From positions 48,784 through 112,783 of the forward strand of contig CAKZKB010000529.1 in NCBI GenBank assembly GCA_937121005.1: 64,000 nucleotides of DNA, in the 5' to 3' direction. The position numbers and the translations under genes were made by a program. The notes beneath the pieces are model-generated. The model was not told the origin of the DNA. It searched no databases and worked only from the letters and a program-made list of their open reading frames with translations. The stretch's first letter is position 1. Every line of letters begins with the position of its first letter. Origin of the DNA: an uncultured cyanobacterium (GTDB taxonomy: Bacteria > Cyanobacteriota > Cyanobacteriia > Cyanobacteriales > Geitlerinemataceae). This document shows positions 15,733 to 25,787 of this stretch, in pieces.

Positions 15733-18585
15733 GTGAGCCAGCGACCCCATCCCCCTCGATTCCGTCCCCTCCGCCAATTCTACAGGCGGTACGCGCTGCT
15801 GTGCCTGACGCTCCTTTTCCTGCTCTCGGTGTGGGTTCCCACCGCGATCGCCCGCATTCCCGATACCACAACCACTTACAGCCAAACCGACCCCACTTCA
15901 CCCATCGATCGCGCCCGCCAACTGTACCAACAAGGGGAACTGCAAGCTGCCGAAACCCTTCTCGAACGGGCGATCGTCACCTTTGAGTCTCAAGGCGATC
16001 CCCTCAACCAAGCCATCGCCCTCAGTAACCTATCATTAATCGATCAACAACAAGCACAGTGGGAACAGGCGCAACAGCGCATCGATCGCAGTATCGATCT
16101 GTTGCGATCGCTCGATACCAACAGTTTAGTTTTAGCTCAATCCCTCGACATTCGCGCTCAGTTACAATTGACCGTCGGGCAAGCAGAAGCCGCTTTAGAA
16201 AGCTGGCAAGCCGCTAACCAAATTTATACCGAAGGCGATTGGCACGATAAAGTTCTCGCCAACCAAATCAACCAAGCCCAAGCCATGCAAAACTTGGGAT
16301 TGTATCCCCGTGCCTGTCAAACCTTGTTAGAGGCTTTGGAGATTCGCCGCGATCGTCTCGAGTCTGAGGGCGATCGCGTTTTATCTCAGACTTGGGAATG
16401 TGCCCTACAACCCGGCGAACTCGACAGTTTGATAGCTCGTTTGGAGCCTCAACTACAATCCAGTTCCGTGCCTGATCATCTAGCGTTACAACTGCGGGGA
16501 CTGCGGAGTTTGGGAGATGTTCTGCGAACCGTTGGCACTTTAGATGGAGAAGAGCGCAACGATATTAAAGTCGATGGGGCGATCGAACTTTTGGACTGGC
16601 TCTCTACCTCCCTAGAGAAAGTGAATGCGTTTCCCGAACAACGAGCCGCGATCCTTCTCAGTCTAGCCGACACCGAACGCGCTTTAGCCCGTCGCGCTCT
16701 CGTGCGAGAATTGGATCTGAGGGAGCCTGTTAAATCAGCTTTATCTCACTACGATCGAGTCATTGAAGATTCTGAAGGCACAGATCGAGTTCGGGCTCGT
16801 GTCAACTATCTCACACTGCTAGCTGAATTTGGTTCCACTTTAAAGGAAGAAGGAATTAATGTAGAGGAAGAAATTCAACAACACTGGAGTCAGTTGCAAG
16901 AACAATTTCGAGCGTTACCTGCCACTCAAGATGAGATTTACACGCAACTCCATCTCGTGCGCCAATATTTTCGGGGCGATCGACAGCAGAATGAAGCTGC
17001 GAATCCTTACGATTTCATTCAGTTAGCTGAAGTCGAAGAAATCCTCGATCGCACCCAACGTCAAGCGGAAACAATTGGAAGCGATCGGGCTAAAGCCTAC
17101 GTTTTAGGATACAAAGGTCAACTGCAAGAAACCCGCCGAAACTGGCAAGAAGCAGAACGACTGACACAGAACGCGATCGCCTTGGCGACGCGGGAAACTG
17201 CCAACGATGCTGCCCCGGAAATTACCTATCGATTGTTCTGGCAATTGGGGCGCATTGACAAAGCGCAAAATAAACAAGAAGAGGCTCTCTCCGCTTATTC
17301 CCAAGCCTTCGATTTGCTCAAATCAATTCGCCGCGATCTAATTGCGATCGCCACTGAAAATCAATTCAACTTCCGCGATAGCGTTTCTCCCCTCTACCGT
17401 CAATTTGTCGATCTGTTGCTCGCACCGGGGAAAGAGCCAACAGTTGACAAGCTCAAAAAAGCACGGGAGGCGATCGAAGCCTTACAATTAGCCGAATTGG
17501 ACGATTACTTTCAGGATGCCTGTTCGGAAGTAAAAGCCATCAATCTAGATCGAGTCGTTGATGAGGTAGAAGAAGGAACGGCGGTTATTTACTCTATCTT
17601 ACTCGACGATCGCCTAGAAATTGTTCTTAAAGTTCCCGGTCAGCCACTACAGCACTATCGTACAACTTTTGATGATGTAAACATCGCGATCGACAAAATC
17701 CGAGAACTCAGAACATTGTTATTATCATCAGGGAAGCGCAACCCAATCTTTGAAGTTTCTAAGGGCATTTATCAATGGCTGATCGCTCCTATCGAAAACA
17801 GTCTCCTAGAAAACAATATTGAAACGTTAGTGTTCGTCTTAGATGGCGAACTTCGCAACATTTCGATGTCAGTTTTATATGACGAACAAAATCAAAAATA
17901 TTTAATTGAAAAATATGCAGTTGTTTTGAGTCCAGGTTTACAACTGTTTCCGCCAGAATCTCTAACTGAAACTAGGTTGGAAGCTCTGACGGCAGGAATT
18001 GTCGATTCCCCTGTTTTTCAAGAACAATCTCTCTCTAGTATTCCTCGAGTTAGAGAGCAATTGGCAGAAGTTCGCTCTCAAATTCCGGTTGTAGAAGAAC
18101 TCTTGGATGATGAGTTTGTCAAGCAAAACTTTGTTTTGAGTGTTGAAGAATTAAATTTTTCGGTTTTGCATTTGGCAACTCACGGTCGATTTAGTTCAAA
18201 CCCGAGCAAAACTTTTATTGCTCTTTACGATCGCTTACTGGATCCCGACGAACTTGGTACGTTATTACGCAGTGCCGAGCGTCAAGAAAAGCAACCGATT
18301 GAGTTAATAGTGTTAAGCGTCTGCCAAACAGCGAAAGGAGACGATCGTGCAGTTTTGGGATTGTCTGGAATTGCCGTGCGATCGGGAGCGCGATCGACGT
18401 TGGCAACCTTGTGGAACGCTAATCAAGTGTCCACTGATAGGTTAATTGCTCAGTTTTATAAACAATTGCGTATTCCTGGCATGACAAAAGCAAAAGCTAT
18501 CCAGGAAGCACAACGTTTCCTTATTGGATCTGAGGACGATCCTCATTTATGGGGCAATTTTATTCTTGTTGGAAATTGGCTTTAA
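15733..18585 (+). CDS. Secreted TPR-CHAT (caspase-like) protease
   Basis: A strong SD (AGGAGG) precedes the GTG start. There is an N-terminal signal or anchor, then TPR-like helical repeats. The C-terminal CHAT dyad motifs are VLHLATHGRF and LIVLSVCQTA. Confidence 0.9.
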   Translation: MSQRPHPPRFRPLRQFYRRYALLCLTLLFLLSVWVPTAIARIPDTTTTYSQTDPTSPIDRARQLYQQGELQAAETLLERAIVTFESQGDPLNQAIALSNLSLIDQQQAQWEQAQQRIDRSIDLLRSLDTNSLVLAQSLDIRAQLQLTVGQAEAALESWQAANQIYTEGDWHDKVLANQINQAQAMQNLGLYPRACQTLLEALEIRRDRLESEGDRVLSQTWECALQPGELDSLIARLEPQLQSSSVPDHLALQLRGLRSLGDVLRTVGTLDGEERNDIKVDGAIELLDWLSTSLEKVNAFPEQRAAILLSLADTERALARRALVRELDLREPVKSALSHYDRVIEDSEGTDRVRARVNYLTLLAEFGSTLKEEGINVEEEIQQHWSQLQEQFRALPATQDEIYTQLHLVRQYFRGDRQQNEAANPYDFIQLAEVEEILDRTQRQAETIGSDRAKAYVLGYKGQLQETRRNWQEAERLTQNAIALATRETANDAAPEITYRLFWQLGRIDKAQNKQEEALSAYSQAFDLLKSIRRDLIAIATENQFNFRDSVSPLYRQFVDLLLAPGKEPTVDKLKKAREAIEALQLAELDDYFQDACSEVKAINLDRVVDEVEEGTAVIYSILLDDRLEIVLKVPGQPLQHYRTTFDDVNIAIDKIRELRTLLLSSGKRNPIFEVSKGIYQWLIAPIENSLLENNIETLVFVLDGELRNISMSVLYDEQNQKYLIEKYAVVLSPGLQLFPPESLTETRLEALTAGIVDSPVFQEQSLSSIPRVREQLAEVRSQIPVVEELLDDEFVKQNFVLSVEELNFSVLHLATHGRFSSNPSKTFIALYDRLLDPDELGTLLRSAERQEKQPIELIVLSVCQTAKGDDRAVLGLSGIAVRSGARSTLATLWNANQVSTDRLIAQFYKQLRIPGMTKAKAIQEAQRFLIGSEDDPHLWGNFILVGNWL

Positions 18586-19406
18586 GGTGTTGGTGTTAAT
18601 TCAGCATTTGGAGTACAGCAAGGTAGGAAATCAGCGTCAGCAACATCCTCTAAACCCACCGCACTCAACAATTCTTCCCAACTTTCTTGAAAGTTCGTGC
18701 TATTCGCTTGCTCTGCTAACTCTTGCAAGCGATCGTACCAGAGTTGGTTCTCTGCATAGTCTCCAACTTCTGTTCGGATAACATTGGCGCTGACAAAAAT
18801 TGCAGAGGGTTCCTCTTCATCCAAAGAACACAATATAGTCAATACCCATCGGTATTTTCGGTCTATTTCCAGTTGATATTCCTCTTCTTCTGGAAGATCG
18901 ATGCGGATAATTCCAGCTTCATCAGGTAAGTTGAATTGAGTCCGATAGACATCAGAACCCTCCCCTCGAGCTTTTGTATCCTCCAAAACAAATTCTGCAA
19001 CTTCTACATCGTCAGGTAAGTCGGGAATAACAGCGAAAAAACTAGGATGTGAAAGGGTTGTTAGACCCCAAGCCTCACCTCTGGTCAATTCTGGAACTAA
19101 AGCAACTAAATTAGAATGCTGAGAGAGGCAAGCATCCTCGTCTCCGAAAGTACCAGCCCCTTGACCTATTCCACCTGGCTGACCGTGACCGGGTGGAAAT
19201 GCTGGGTGTTCGTATATAGGTACGAAAGTACCAGCCCCTTCGCCTATTCCACCCGGTTCGCCCCGACCCGGTGGAAATGCTGGATGTTCTGGTACTTGGC
19301 TAAACTCTACAGCACTGGCTTTTGTGTCTAGCCATCGAAAATATAATGCTAAACAGACAGACAATCCAATACTAGAAAACTTCCAAAGGTTAGTTTTAAC
19401 GTTCAT
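18582..19406 (-). CDS. DUF928-like secreted protein
   Basis: It has a signal peptide and a duplicated HPAFPPG(R/H)G(E/Q)PGGIG(E/Q)GAGTF motif. The C-terminal YRWVLTILCSLDEEEPS...VIRTE pattern is typical of DUF928. Its start overlaps the CHASE2 gene end by 11 nt. Confidence 0.7.
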   Translation of the reverse strand: MNVKTNLWKFSSIGLSVCLALYFRWLDTKASAVEFSQVPEHPAFPPGRGEPGGIGEGAGTFVPIYEHPAFPPGHGQPGGIGQGAGTFGDEDACLSQHSNLVALVPELTRGEAWGLTTLSHPSFFAVIPDLPDDVEVAEFVLEDTKARGEGSDVYRTQFNLPDEAGIIRIDLPEEEEYQLEIDRKYRWVLTILCSLDEEEPSAIFVSANVIRTEVGDYAENQLWYDRLQELAEQANSTNFQESWEELLSAVGLEDVADADFLPCCTPNAELTPTP

Positions 19407-21801
19407 TTTTTTCTCCTAAAGAGGGTGAGCTATTTTCTTGCTTTTTGCAGTAAAGATTGACTAAAATAAGCGTACCTGCTAGCGTTAGTGCAGGTGGAAT
19501 TAGGGAAATCCATAACCCTGTCGAAAAGGCGATCGCGTGAATTGCCACTAGGATAAATAGAGCAATGGAGATAGCCAGCATTGCGACTTTTGAGGTGCGT
19601 GCGTACCATCCTAGCACACTTCCTATGACTGACCACAATCCAATCCAAAGAAATTCTATCCCTTGAGGTAAAGGTCGGATAAAAGGACGACCGTCTAAAA
19701 CAGCACTGAGAATCTGACTAATCATCTGTGCGTGTAAAAATATGCCAGGAATTTGCTGATTTTGACTGGCTTTGCTGTAAGGAACGATCCAGTAATCTTT
19801 GGCACTTTCTGCTGTTGTACCAATTAAAACAATTCGATCCTGAATAAAATTTTGTGGGACTCGGTTTTCCAGAATGTCTCTTAGTGGTACTGAGTCTACA
19901 ATATCTGTTAAGGATCCTTTATGAATGCTGTAGTTGAGCATCATTTGGTATCCACCACTATAATACTCGGAATCTTGATAAGCACCGATTAGCATATTGG
20001 ATAAATCGAATGTTACCGGGCCGAGTTGTACCCGATCGTCAGATACTTGTTGGAGGTGAATATTTTCTTGTGATAGGTAGTTTTCAGCCAATACAATTGA
20101 AAAACTCTGGTAGGTAGGACAAAGGGAATCAGGAGCTAGATCCAAGGTCAGTAGATGGCGACGAACAATATCGTCTTTATCCCTTAGAACGTTACTAAAG
20201 GTGACGCGATTTTCTTCCACCTCTGGAGGAAAACCAATTCCAAGAGCCTCCTTAGTTTCCCTTTTGCAAATTACAAACAAGTTATGAAAATCACGTAAAA
20301 ATTGGGCAAGATTACTGTTGTTGCTAGAAGCTGGAAAATTTCGATAAATATCTAGACCAATAATTCGGGCTTGATTTTGTTGTAAATATTGTAACGTTTG
20401 CTCTAGCGCATCTTCTGAAAGCGTCGCTCGCCCTTGAAATTCCATGTTCTGTGCTTTTTGATATTCAATATCTTCTTCAGTGATTTTAATGACCAGAAGC
20501 CGATCGTCTTTATAAAGTTGAGTTGATTGTAAGCGCGATCGCATGACCCAATCGTATGCGTTGAGTTCCCAAGTTTCCAGCCATCCTTGATGGCGGATTC
20601 CTAACACGGCAGCCGTAACAACAATAGGCACGATCGCCAGTTTCTTGAACGATCGTTTTGGGGGTTTGTGTCCGCGATCGAAGTCTTTCCATAAAGGCAA
20701 ATCGACACTAGGATTCCTAAAAATTAGGGGTAGCCAAGTCGAACTGGGCCAGTAGTTCGGTTCGTAATCTTCCAATCGTTCTCGAGCGCGGCGAACTGCA
20801 ACGGTCAGCGTTTCTCCTCCAGTGTAAAATCCCAGAAAATCTTTTAAGAACTGCTGTGCCACGCGATCGTCTACGGGTTCTCGCATGACAATAATAACCG
20901 GAACTTGTAAATCGACTAAGTTTTCGGCAATTCCCAAACCTTGACAAGAATTGAATATTGCAAGTTGCAGTCCGTTCGAGGCCGCTTCTCGAACAGAATT
21001 TTTGAAGTCTGCTATTGTTACACTTTGAGATTCGTCAATATAAATTTTACCCGCACGGTTTTCAGTTGTGCTGTGTCCGCTAAATACAAAAACATCCCAC
21101 CCTTGACGATCGCGTAGCTGTTTGAAGAAATTACTGACTACAGGCTTTTCAAGTAAGGATAGACTGATTGAGTTAGACTCTTCCAAGCGCTGCAATTCTA
21201 CGCGATCGGGAGAGCAGTCAATTCCTCGATCGTTTCCCATCACAGCCAAAATATTGGGCTTTTTCCTGCTCACAATTTTAGGTTTTTCGATTGTGCGTTG
21301 ATAGATTAAGGGAGCAAATGTCACCTCAATGTCGCGGTTATTTTGTAAAATATCCCAAACGTGCCAAGGTAACTTGTAGAGAAGCAAGTTATCTGTGCGA
21401 ATAATTATATCTTTGCAAGAGCCGATCGCTTCCCTCAAATGTTCTCGAATCGTTGCCCAGTTAGAACTGGAGAATTTTAACCAGGCTTGCATTTTCGTTT
21501 CGATTTGTTGTTGCAGCGATCGGCACGATCGCTGGCAGGCTCGTACATTAATTGATTCTTGTTGGCTCGTGGGCAAACTCTCGTCAAAATCTAAATCGTC
21601 ATCGTCTTCTCCTCGGAAAAAAGCTAGGTTTTTAGAAACGGTCAATAACTGATTTAGGTTTGATTGTAAATCTTGGTACAGATCTGGAAGTTGGGGGCAA
21701 CTCGGTAATTGACCGACTTGCCGTCCCAGATGAGTGTCAATTGAAACATCAAATTCCGTCTTGAAAGTTCCTCGGATAGTTAATACAATTTTGTTGCTCA
21801 T
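19396..21801 (-). CDS. CHAT/caspase-like domain fused to a CHASE2 sensor domain and C-terminal TM helices
   Basis: The ATG at 21801 follows AGGGAG. The His/Cys dyad motifs are VFVFSGHS and LAIFNSCQG. A TM helix is followed by an extracytoplasmic CHASE2-like region, then three C-terminal TM helices. Confidence 0.8.
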   Translation of the reverse strand: MSNKIVLTIRGTFKTEFDVSIDTHLGRQVGQLPSCPQLPDLYQDLQSNLNQLLTVSKNLAFFRGEDDDDLDFDESLPTSQQESINVRACQRSCRSLQQQIETKMQAWLKFSSSNWATIREHLREAIGSCKDIIIRTDNLLLYKLPWHVWDILQNNRDIEVTFAPLIYQRTIEKPKIVSRKKPNILAVMGNDRGIDCSPDRVELQRLEESNSISLSLLEKPVVSNFFKQLRDRQGWDVFVFSGHSTTENRAGKIYIDESQSVTIADFKNSVREAASNGLQLAIFNSCQGLGIAENLVDLQVPVIIVMREPVDDRVAQQFLKDFLGFYTGGETLTVAVRRARERLEDYEPNYWPSSTWLPLIFRNPSVDLPLWKDFDRGHKPPKRSFKKLAIVPIVVTAAVLGIRHQGWLETWELNAYDWVMRSRLQSTQLYKDDRLLVIKITEEDIEYQKAQNMEFQGRATLSEDALEQTLQYLQQNQARIIGLDIYRNFPASSNNSNLAQFLRDFHNLFVICKRETKEALGIGFPPEVEENRVTFSNVLRDKDDIVRRHLLTLDLAPDSLCPTYQSFSIVLAENYLSQENIHLQQVSDDRVQLGPVTFDLSNMLIGAYQDSEYYSGGYQMMLNYSIHKGSLTDIVDSVPLRDILENRVPQNFIQDRIVLIGTTAESAKDYWIVPYSKASQNQQIPGIFLHAQMISQILSAVLDGRPFIRPLPQGIEFLWIGLWSVIGSVLGWYARTSKVAMLAISIALFILVAIHAIAFSTGLWISLIPPALTLAGTLILVNLYCKKQENSSPSLGEKNER

Positions 21802-21886
21802 GGCTGTCTCCCTTACAAAAACAAAGGATAGAGAAGTATTGTCAATGGGTAGAACAATGGACAATATTGACCTACCCACTCACGGT

Positions 21887-23341
21887 TTAAATCAAGAAAT
21901 ATTCCTCCACAACGTTGACTTCATTCAAAGAGACGATCGCTTGGAAGCGAGTCCCCGGTTTGCCTTGGAAGCGGATTTGTAGGAGTTCGCTGTTTTCCCC
22001 ATTGTCAAGAAGAGATTGTGCGGTTTTGGTTTTCCCGGATTCCGATGCGATCGTTACACTCAACCCAGGTGGAAGTTGGGGACGATCGTCTATCGCTCGC
22101 ACTTGAATCCAGACTCCTACTTTATCATCTACTCGTGGCATCAGGTAAACTGCCATAGCGAGGTGACGACGAGAAAGCTCCATTTCAAGCTCGATTGCTT
22201 TTGCCCGCCGAACGCTAGCTGCGGGATGGTTGGGGGCTAACTGTTCTAAACTGAATGCAGCTTCCCAGCGAGTTTCCTCATCTTCAGCCGTGCGAGCGAT
22301 ACGGCTCAAAAGCTCGATGGCTTCTGCACTTTCGGCTCCGATTTCACCGAGGACGCGGATTGCATTGCGACAACTTTCTTCTTGTCCCGGTCGATCTAAA
22401 GTGTTTTGGATGTGTTGGCTGAGATCGGCAACAGTAATGGGATTGCTCTTGAGATGGGGAGTGCTAGGCCCTCCTCGAACGCCTAGAACCGTTACCGGAT
22501 AATTGGCTGCCAACTCTTCTAAAGTTTGCCATCCTTCTACAGCGCGATCGATAAACCACTGACTCAAACGCATGACACCGAGAGATTCTGGTTCGGGAGT
22601 TCCTTGTGGTTCCACGCGCAACTGATAGAGTCGCTGCCTTAAATTCTGATTGGAAAAGAAGGCCGCCCATTGGGGAAACGGAACGTCTAATCGCGGCGAT
22701 TCCTCCATATTTTGACACAGAGTACCTAATAATTGCTCGGCTTCGGTTGCAGACAGTTGAGGGATAGGCAAAATATCTGGTAGAGGTTCAGGACAAAGTT
22801 CCAGGGAGACCCAGAGAGCGCTGAGATCGTCCATTGCCGCATCCCTATCTAAAACATAAGTGCGATCGAGAGCATTATACTCCCCTTCCTGTTTCAGTTG
22901 AGCGTGAGTTGTAAATCCCCAAGCTCTGAGAACGCCATCTTCAGGTAAAATTTGAACGGCGACGTAGTAGCTAGCAGCAAGTCCAGGAATGTCAACCCAT
23001 TCTTGGGGAACGTACAAGGCTTCCGTTTCAATGGTCATCTGTGGAATTAAGGCGATGCGGCGATCGTTGGCAATAATAATGCTGCCATTAACAAATTCCC
23101 ACAGAGATGATGTCAGGGATTCCCCTAGCCATATAGAAGGAGATTCGGGCAATTCTGAATCTTCGTCGCTCCAAGCCTCAATTAGCGCTCTTAAGGTTAA
23201 TTGATTGAGATAAGCATTCCAACAAGAATCGGCGTTGGAATATCCTTGAGATGCCGTCCACACTTGTTGGCAATCGGCTTCGCTTAGCGGTAAGCAAAGT
23301 TGGTGAGGATAAGTGAGTTGTAGTTCGTCAAGTCGCTGCAT
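21887..23341 (-). CDS. DUF1822-family protein
   Basis: It is a 484-aa ORF with the cyanobacterial DUF1822 architecture. Its C-terminal beta-rich end is ...VGVWIQVRAIDDRPQLPPGL...IVSLNEVNVVEEYFLI. Confidence 0.65.
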   Translation of the reverse strand: MQRLDELQLTYPHQLCLPLSEADCQQVWTASQGYSNADSCWNAYLNQLTLRALIEAWSDEDSELPESPSIWLGESLTSSLWEFVNGSIIIANDRRIALIPQMTIETEALYVPQEWVDIPGLAASYYVAVQILPEDGVLRAWGFTTHAQLKQEGEYNALDRTYVLDRDAAMDDLSALWVSLELCPEPLPDILPIPQLSATEAEQLLGTLCQNMEESPRLDVPFPQWAAFFSNQNLRQRLYQLRVEPQGTPEPESLGVMRLSQWFIDRAVEGWQTLEELAANYPVTVLGVRGGPSTPHLKSNPITVADLSQHIQNTLDRPGQEESCRNAIRVLGEIGAESAEAIELLSRIARTAEDEETRWEAAFSLEQLAPNHPAASVRRAKAIELEMELSRRHLAMAVYLMPRVDDKVGVWIQVRAIDDRPQLPPGLSVTIASESGKTKTAQSLLDNGENSELLQIRFQGKPGTRFQAIVSLNEVNVVEEYFLI

Positions 23342-23363
23342 GGTGTTTACTCCTTTGTTTGTT

Positions 23364-25187
23364 TTAGGTTAGTGCGTTCAACCGAACGGTTGACAGCCAA
23401 GACGTAACTTGTTTGGGAAAGGCTTTTTTAGATGCAGGTAATCCATCTAAATCGCAGTCGAACCCCGATTTTTGAAGCTCGCCTTGGTAAACCTGTTGTA
23501 GGTCGCGTGCTAGCTGCTGTTCGATCCGTTTGAGTCGCTGGCGACTATCTTTTGGAGATTGCGAGAACTCTTTCGAGATCGTCTCAATCGCTAACTTTTC
23601 TTGTTCGCCACATTCCCATAATATCGCATCCCAACGCTTTAGCCACCCAACTTCAGGTTGAAAATTTTCCTGAAGTAGTATTTTGAGATGTTCCCAAACT
23701 TCTTCTTTGAGGACATCTTCGATAGTCTGAGCGTGCAGAGGTGCTAAGTAGCGACCAATGAGTTCCGTTGTCAGTGTTAAGTTGAGCGTCTGTTGCATAT
23801 GAGTAACAAAATCTTTCAAAAGGCGTTTTTTGATCTTTTGTTTTTCTCTGGAAACTTGATACTGCTCTAAACCTACAATTATTCCGACATCAGTTTGCGT
23901 TAGCCCGATACCTACTTCTAGCTTAAGAATCCATCGATCTATCGTGGGTGAAATTTCAATTTGCGAACGCACAAATAAGCGAAGTGCTGATGGCGCAACA
24001 TCACCGATCGCTTCTTGGTAATCTTGAGGATCCATAGGCTGGATAGGACTTTCTAAGTCTGCCTGTTCGATATCCGTTGCAGTTTCCATGATTCGATCCT
24101 TGTTTCGTACAGAATCGGCGCAAGTCTCGAGGTATTCCTGGACGCGATCGCCATCTAGTTCGGGCACAATTTCAGGATACGGACGCTGGCGGTTGTAGCG
24201 ATCGGCGATCTTTTGTAGTTCGCCATCGGTAGGCGGCCAGGGGTGTCGTTTGATTTTGGGCGGCTCTTGTCCTCCCCGATTGACAACGACTTTACAATAG
24301 ATATTCCATACTAGAATATACTGAAAATGTTGGGAGGTTTGCTCGACAATTTCTTGTAAGTCATGAAGTCGATCTCGGACTCGCTCTTCGCTTAAAGAAA
24401 TCGAAGATGTTTTCTGATTGTAATTCTTCTCAATGGAAGATATCTTTTTTTTATTTTCTTTTTTTTTGCACAGCTTTTGAATCGAGATACTAGGATCTAT
24501 ATTCCCGTTCTCCACATTCTCCTTGTAAGATTGGGAAATTTGTAAATCTGCTTCAACTGGATTTGATTTTGATTCGATCCGTCTTAAAAGATCGCAGAGT
24601 TCAGTTTCTGAAACCATTAACAAGTTAACCTTGAATACGCCATTAGACTCTAGAGCATCCTCCAATGCTTTTTGTCCGGTCATTTTGAGAAGCCTGCCCT
24701 TTGTATATTTGCATTTTTCATCGCCAACTCGCAATGACTCTTTAGTTAAATTTTCTAGTTGGTAACTTGCCCAGGTTGTTAGTTTACTTTTTGACGGATT
24801 GTGTTTTTTCAAAATTTTCAGCAAATTCTTAACCAGCACTTCGCTGACAATCGAAAAAGCCTCTCGTTGAGTGAGTTCGGTGAGATGAGCTTCCGCGCCC
24901 CTCAAACCTTTGATTTTTGTGCTTGCTCGGTAACAGGCTTCTTGTAAGTAGGAAACTAAATGCAACTTTGCGAATCGATCTCCAGGATCGGTTCGCAAAG
25001 TTAAACGGAACTCCCAGACCCATTCATTTTCGCTTTTGGTTATTGGGATTGCAGTTTCCTCCTCAACTCGTTGCTGTATATGTCGTCGAGCTTCTGGATC
25101 GATCGTCCATTTGACCGATCCGTTCTCTTCGATCTTGATAAAGGAAGAGAATTTTTCCAATAGGGTGGTTCGCTGGCGAAGTGGCAT
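23364..25187 (-). CDS. Atypical sigma-70-like / HTH protein (607 aa)
   Basis: A region-2-like segment (LVSYLQEACYRAS...KLTTWASYQLENLTKESLR) is present. A C-terminal region-4-like HTH (TQTDVGIIVGLEQYQVSREKQKIKKRL) is also present. The assignment is by eye only. Confidence 0.45.
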   Translation of the reverse strand: MPLRQRTTLLEKFSSFIKIEENGSVKWTIDPEARRHIQQRVEEETAIPITKSENEWVWEFRLTLRTDPGDRFAKLHLVSYLQEACYRASTKIKGLRGAEAHLTELTQREAFSIVSEVLVKNLLKILKKHNPSKSKLTTWASYQLENLTKESLRVGDEKCKYTKGRLLKMTGQKALEDALESNGVFKVNLLMVSETELCDLLRRIESKSNPVEADLQISQSYKENVENGNIDPSISIQKLCKKKENKKKISSIEKNYNQKTSSISLSEERVRDRLHDLQEIVEQTSQHFQYILVWNIYCKVVVNRGGQEPPKIKRHPWPPTDGELQKIADRYNRQRPYPEIVPELDGDRVQEYLETCADSVRNKDRIMETATDIEQADLESPIQPMDPQDYQEAIGDVAPSALRLFVRSQIEISPTIDRWILKLEVGIGLTQTDVGIIVGLEQYQVSREKQKIKKRLLKDFVTHMQQTLNLTLTTELIGRYLAPLHAQTIEDVLKEEVWEHLKILLQENFQPEVGWLKRWDAILWECGEQEKLAIETISKEFSQSPKDSRQRLKRIEQQLARDLQQVYQGELQKSGFDCDLDGLPASKKAFPKQVTSWLSTVRLNALT

Positions 25188-25336
25188 CAGTAAAACCTCC
25201 GGGATTGAGAAATAAGGTGGGTAGATAGTTGTCTCATGGGGGGCCGTTTAAAATTCCTGAATTAGAACTACTCACTTGTCGGGAGCATTCTGAATTATTA
25301 TGCACTTTCAAGGAAACTATTAACCAATATTTGTAT

Positions 25337-25600
25337 TTAAATAACAAAGGCTTCCGTCAAACTGACCTCCCCCAAAGCAACTTGGACGCTAAAATGTTCC
25401 CCTAGCGTACCGCTAAACTCCAACTGAATGTTTTTGCTTTCGCGGGCGATGGCCTGCATGACCGCTTCGCAAGCCTCATCGAGAACCGCTAACCGTAGAT
25501 TATAAGGCAAGCACTCGCATCCATTCGTAGGATGGACTTGTACCCAAATATCCATTTCGTTCGGGTCGATCGCGGGTTGGAGTCCCACCAGCAGAGCCAA
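25337..25600 (-). pseudogene. DUF1822 C-terminal fragment (remnant or duplicated piece)
   Basis: LALLVGLQPAIDPNEMDIWVQVHPTNG...FSVQVALGEVSLTEAFVI parallels the last ~90 aa of the DUF1822 protein at 21887..23341. Confidence 0.5.
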
Positions 25601-25787
25601 GTGATGGCCCGCACTGGCCAGATCGAGACGCTTGCGGCACTGTACGCTGCTGCCACCTCTAAAGCGTGAAGTAACCTCGATCGGTTCCCAATGAGGAGTA
25701 TTGGCCCCTTAAAGCCAGGGACTCAGACGAACGGGACTCGAATGTAAAGAGGGGGGAGTCAGGGACATTATCGATAACTGGCGATCG

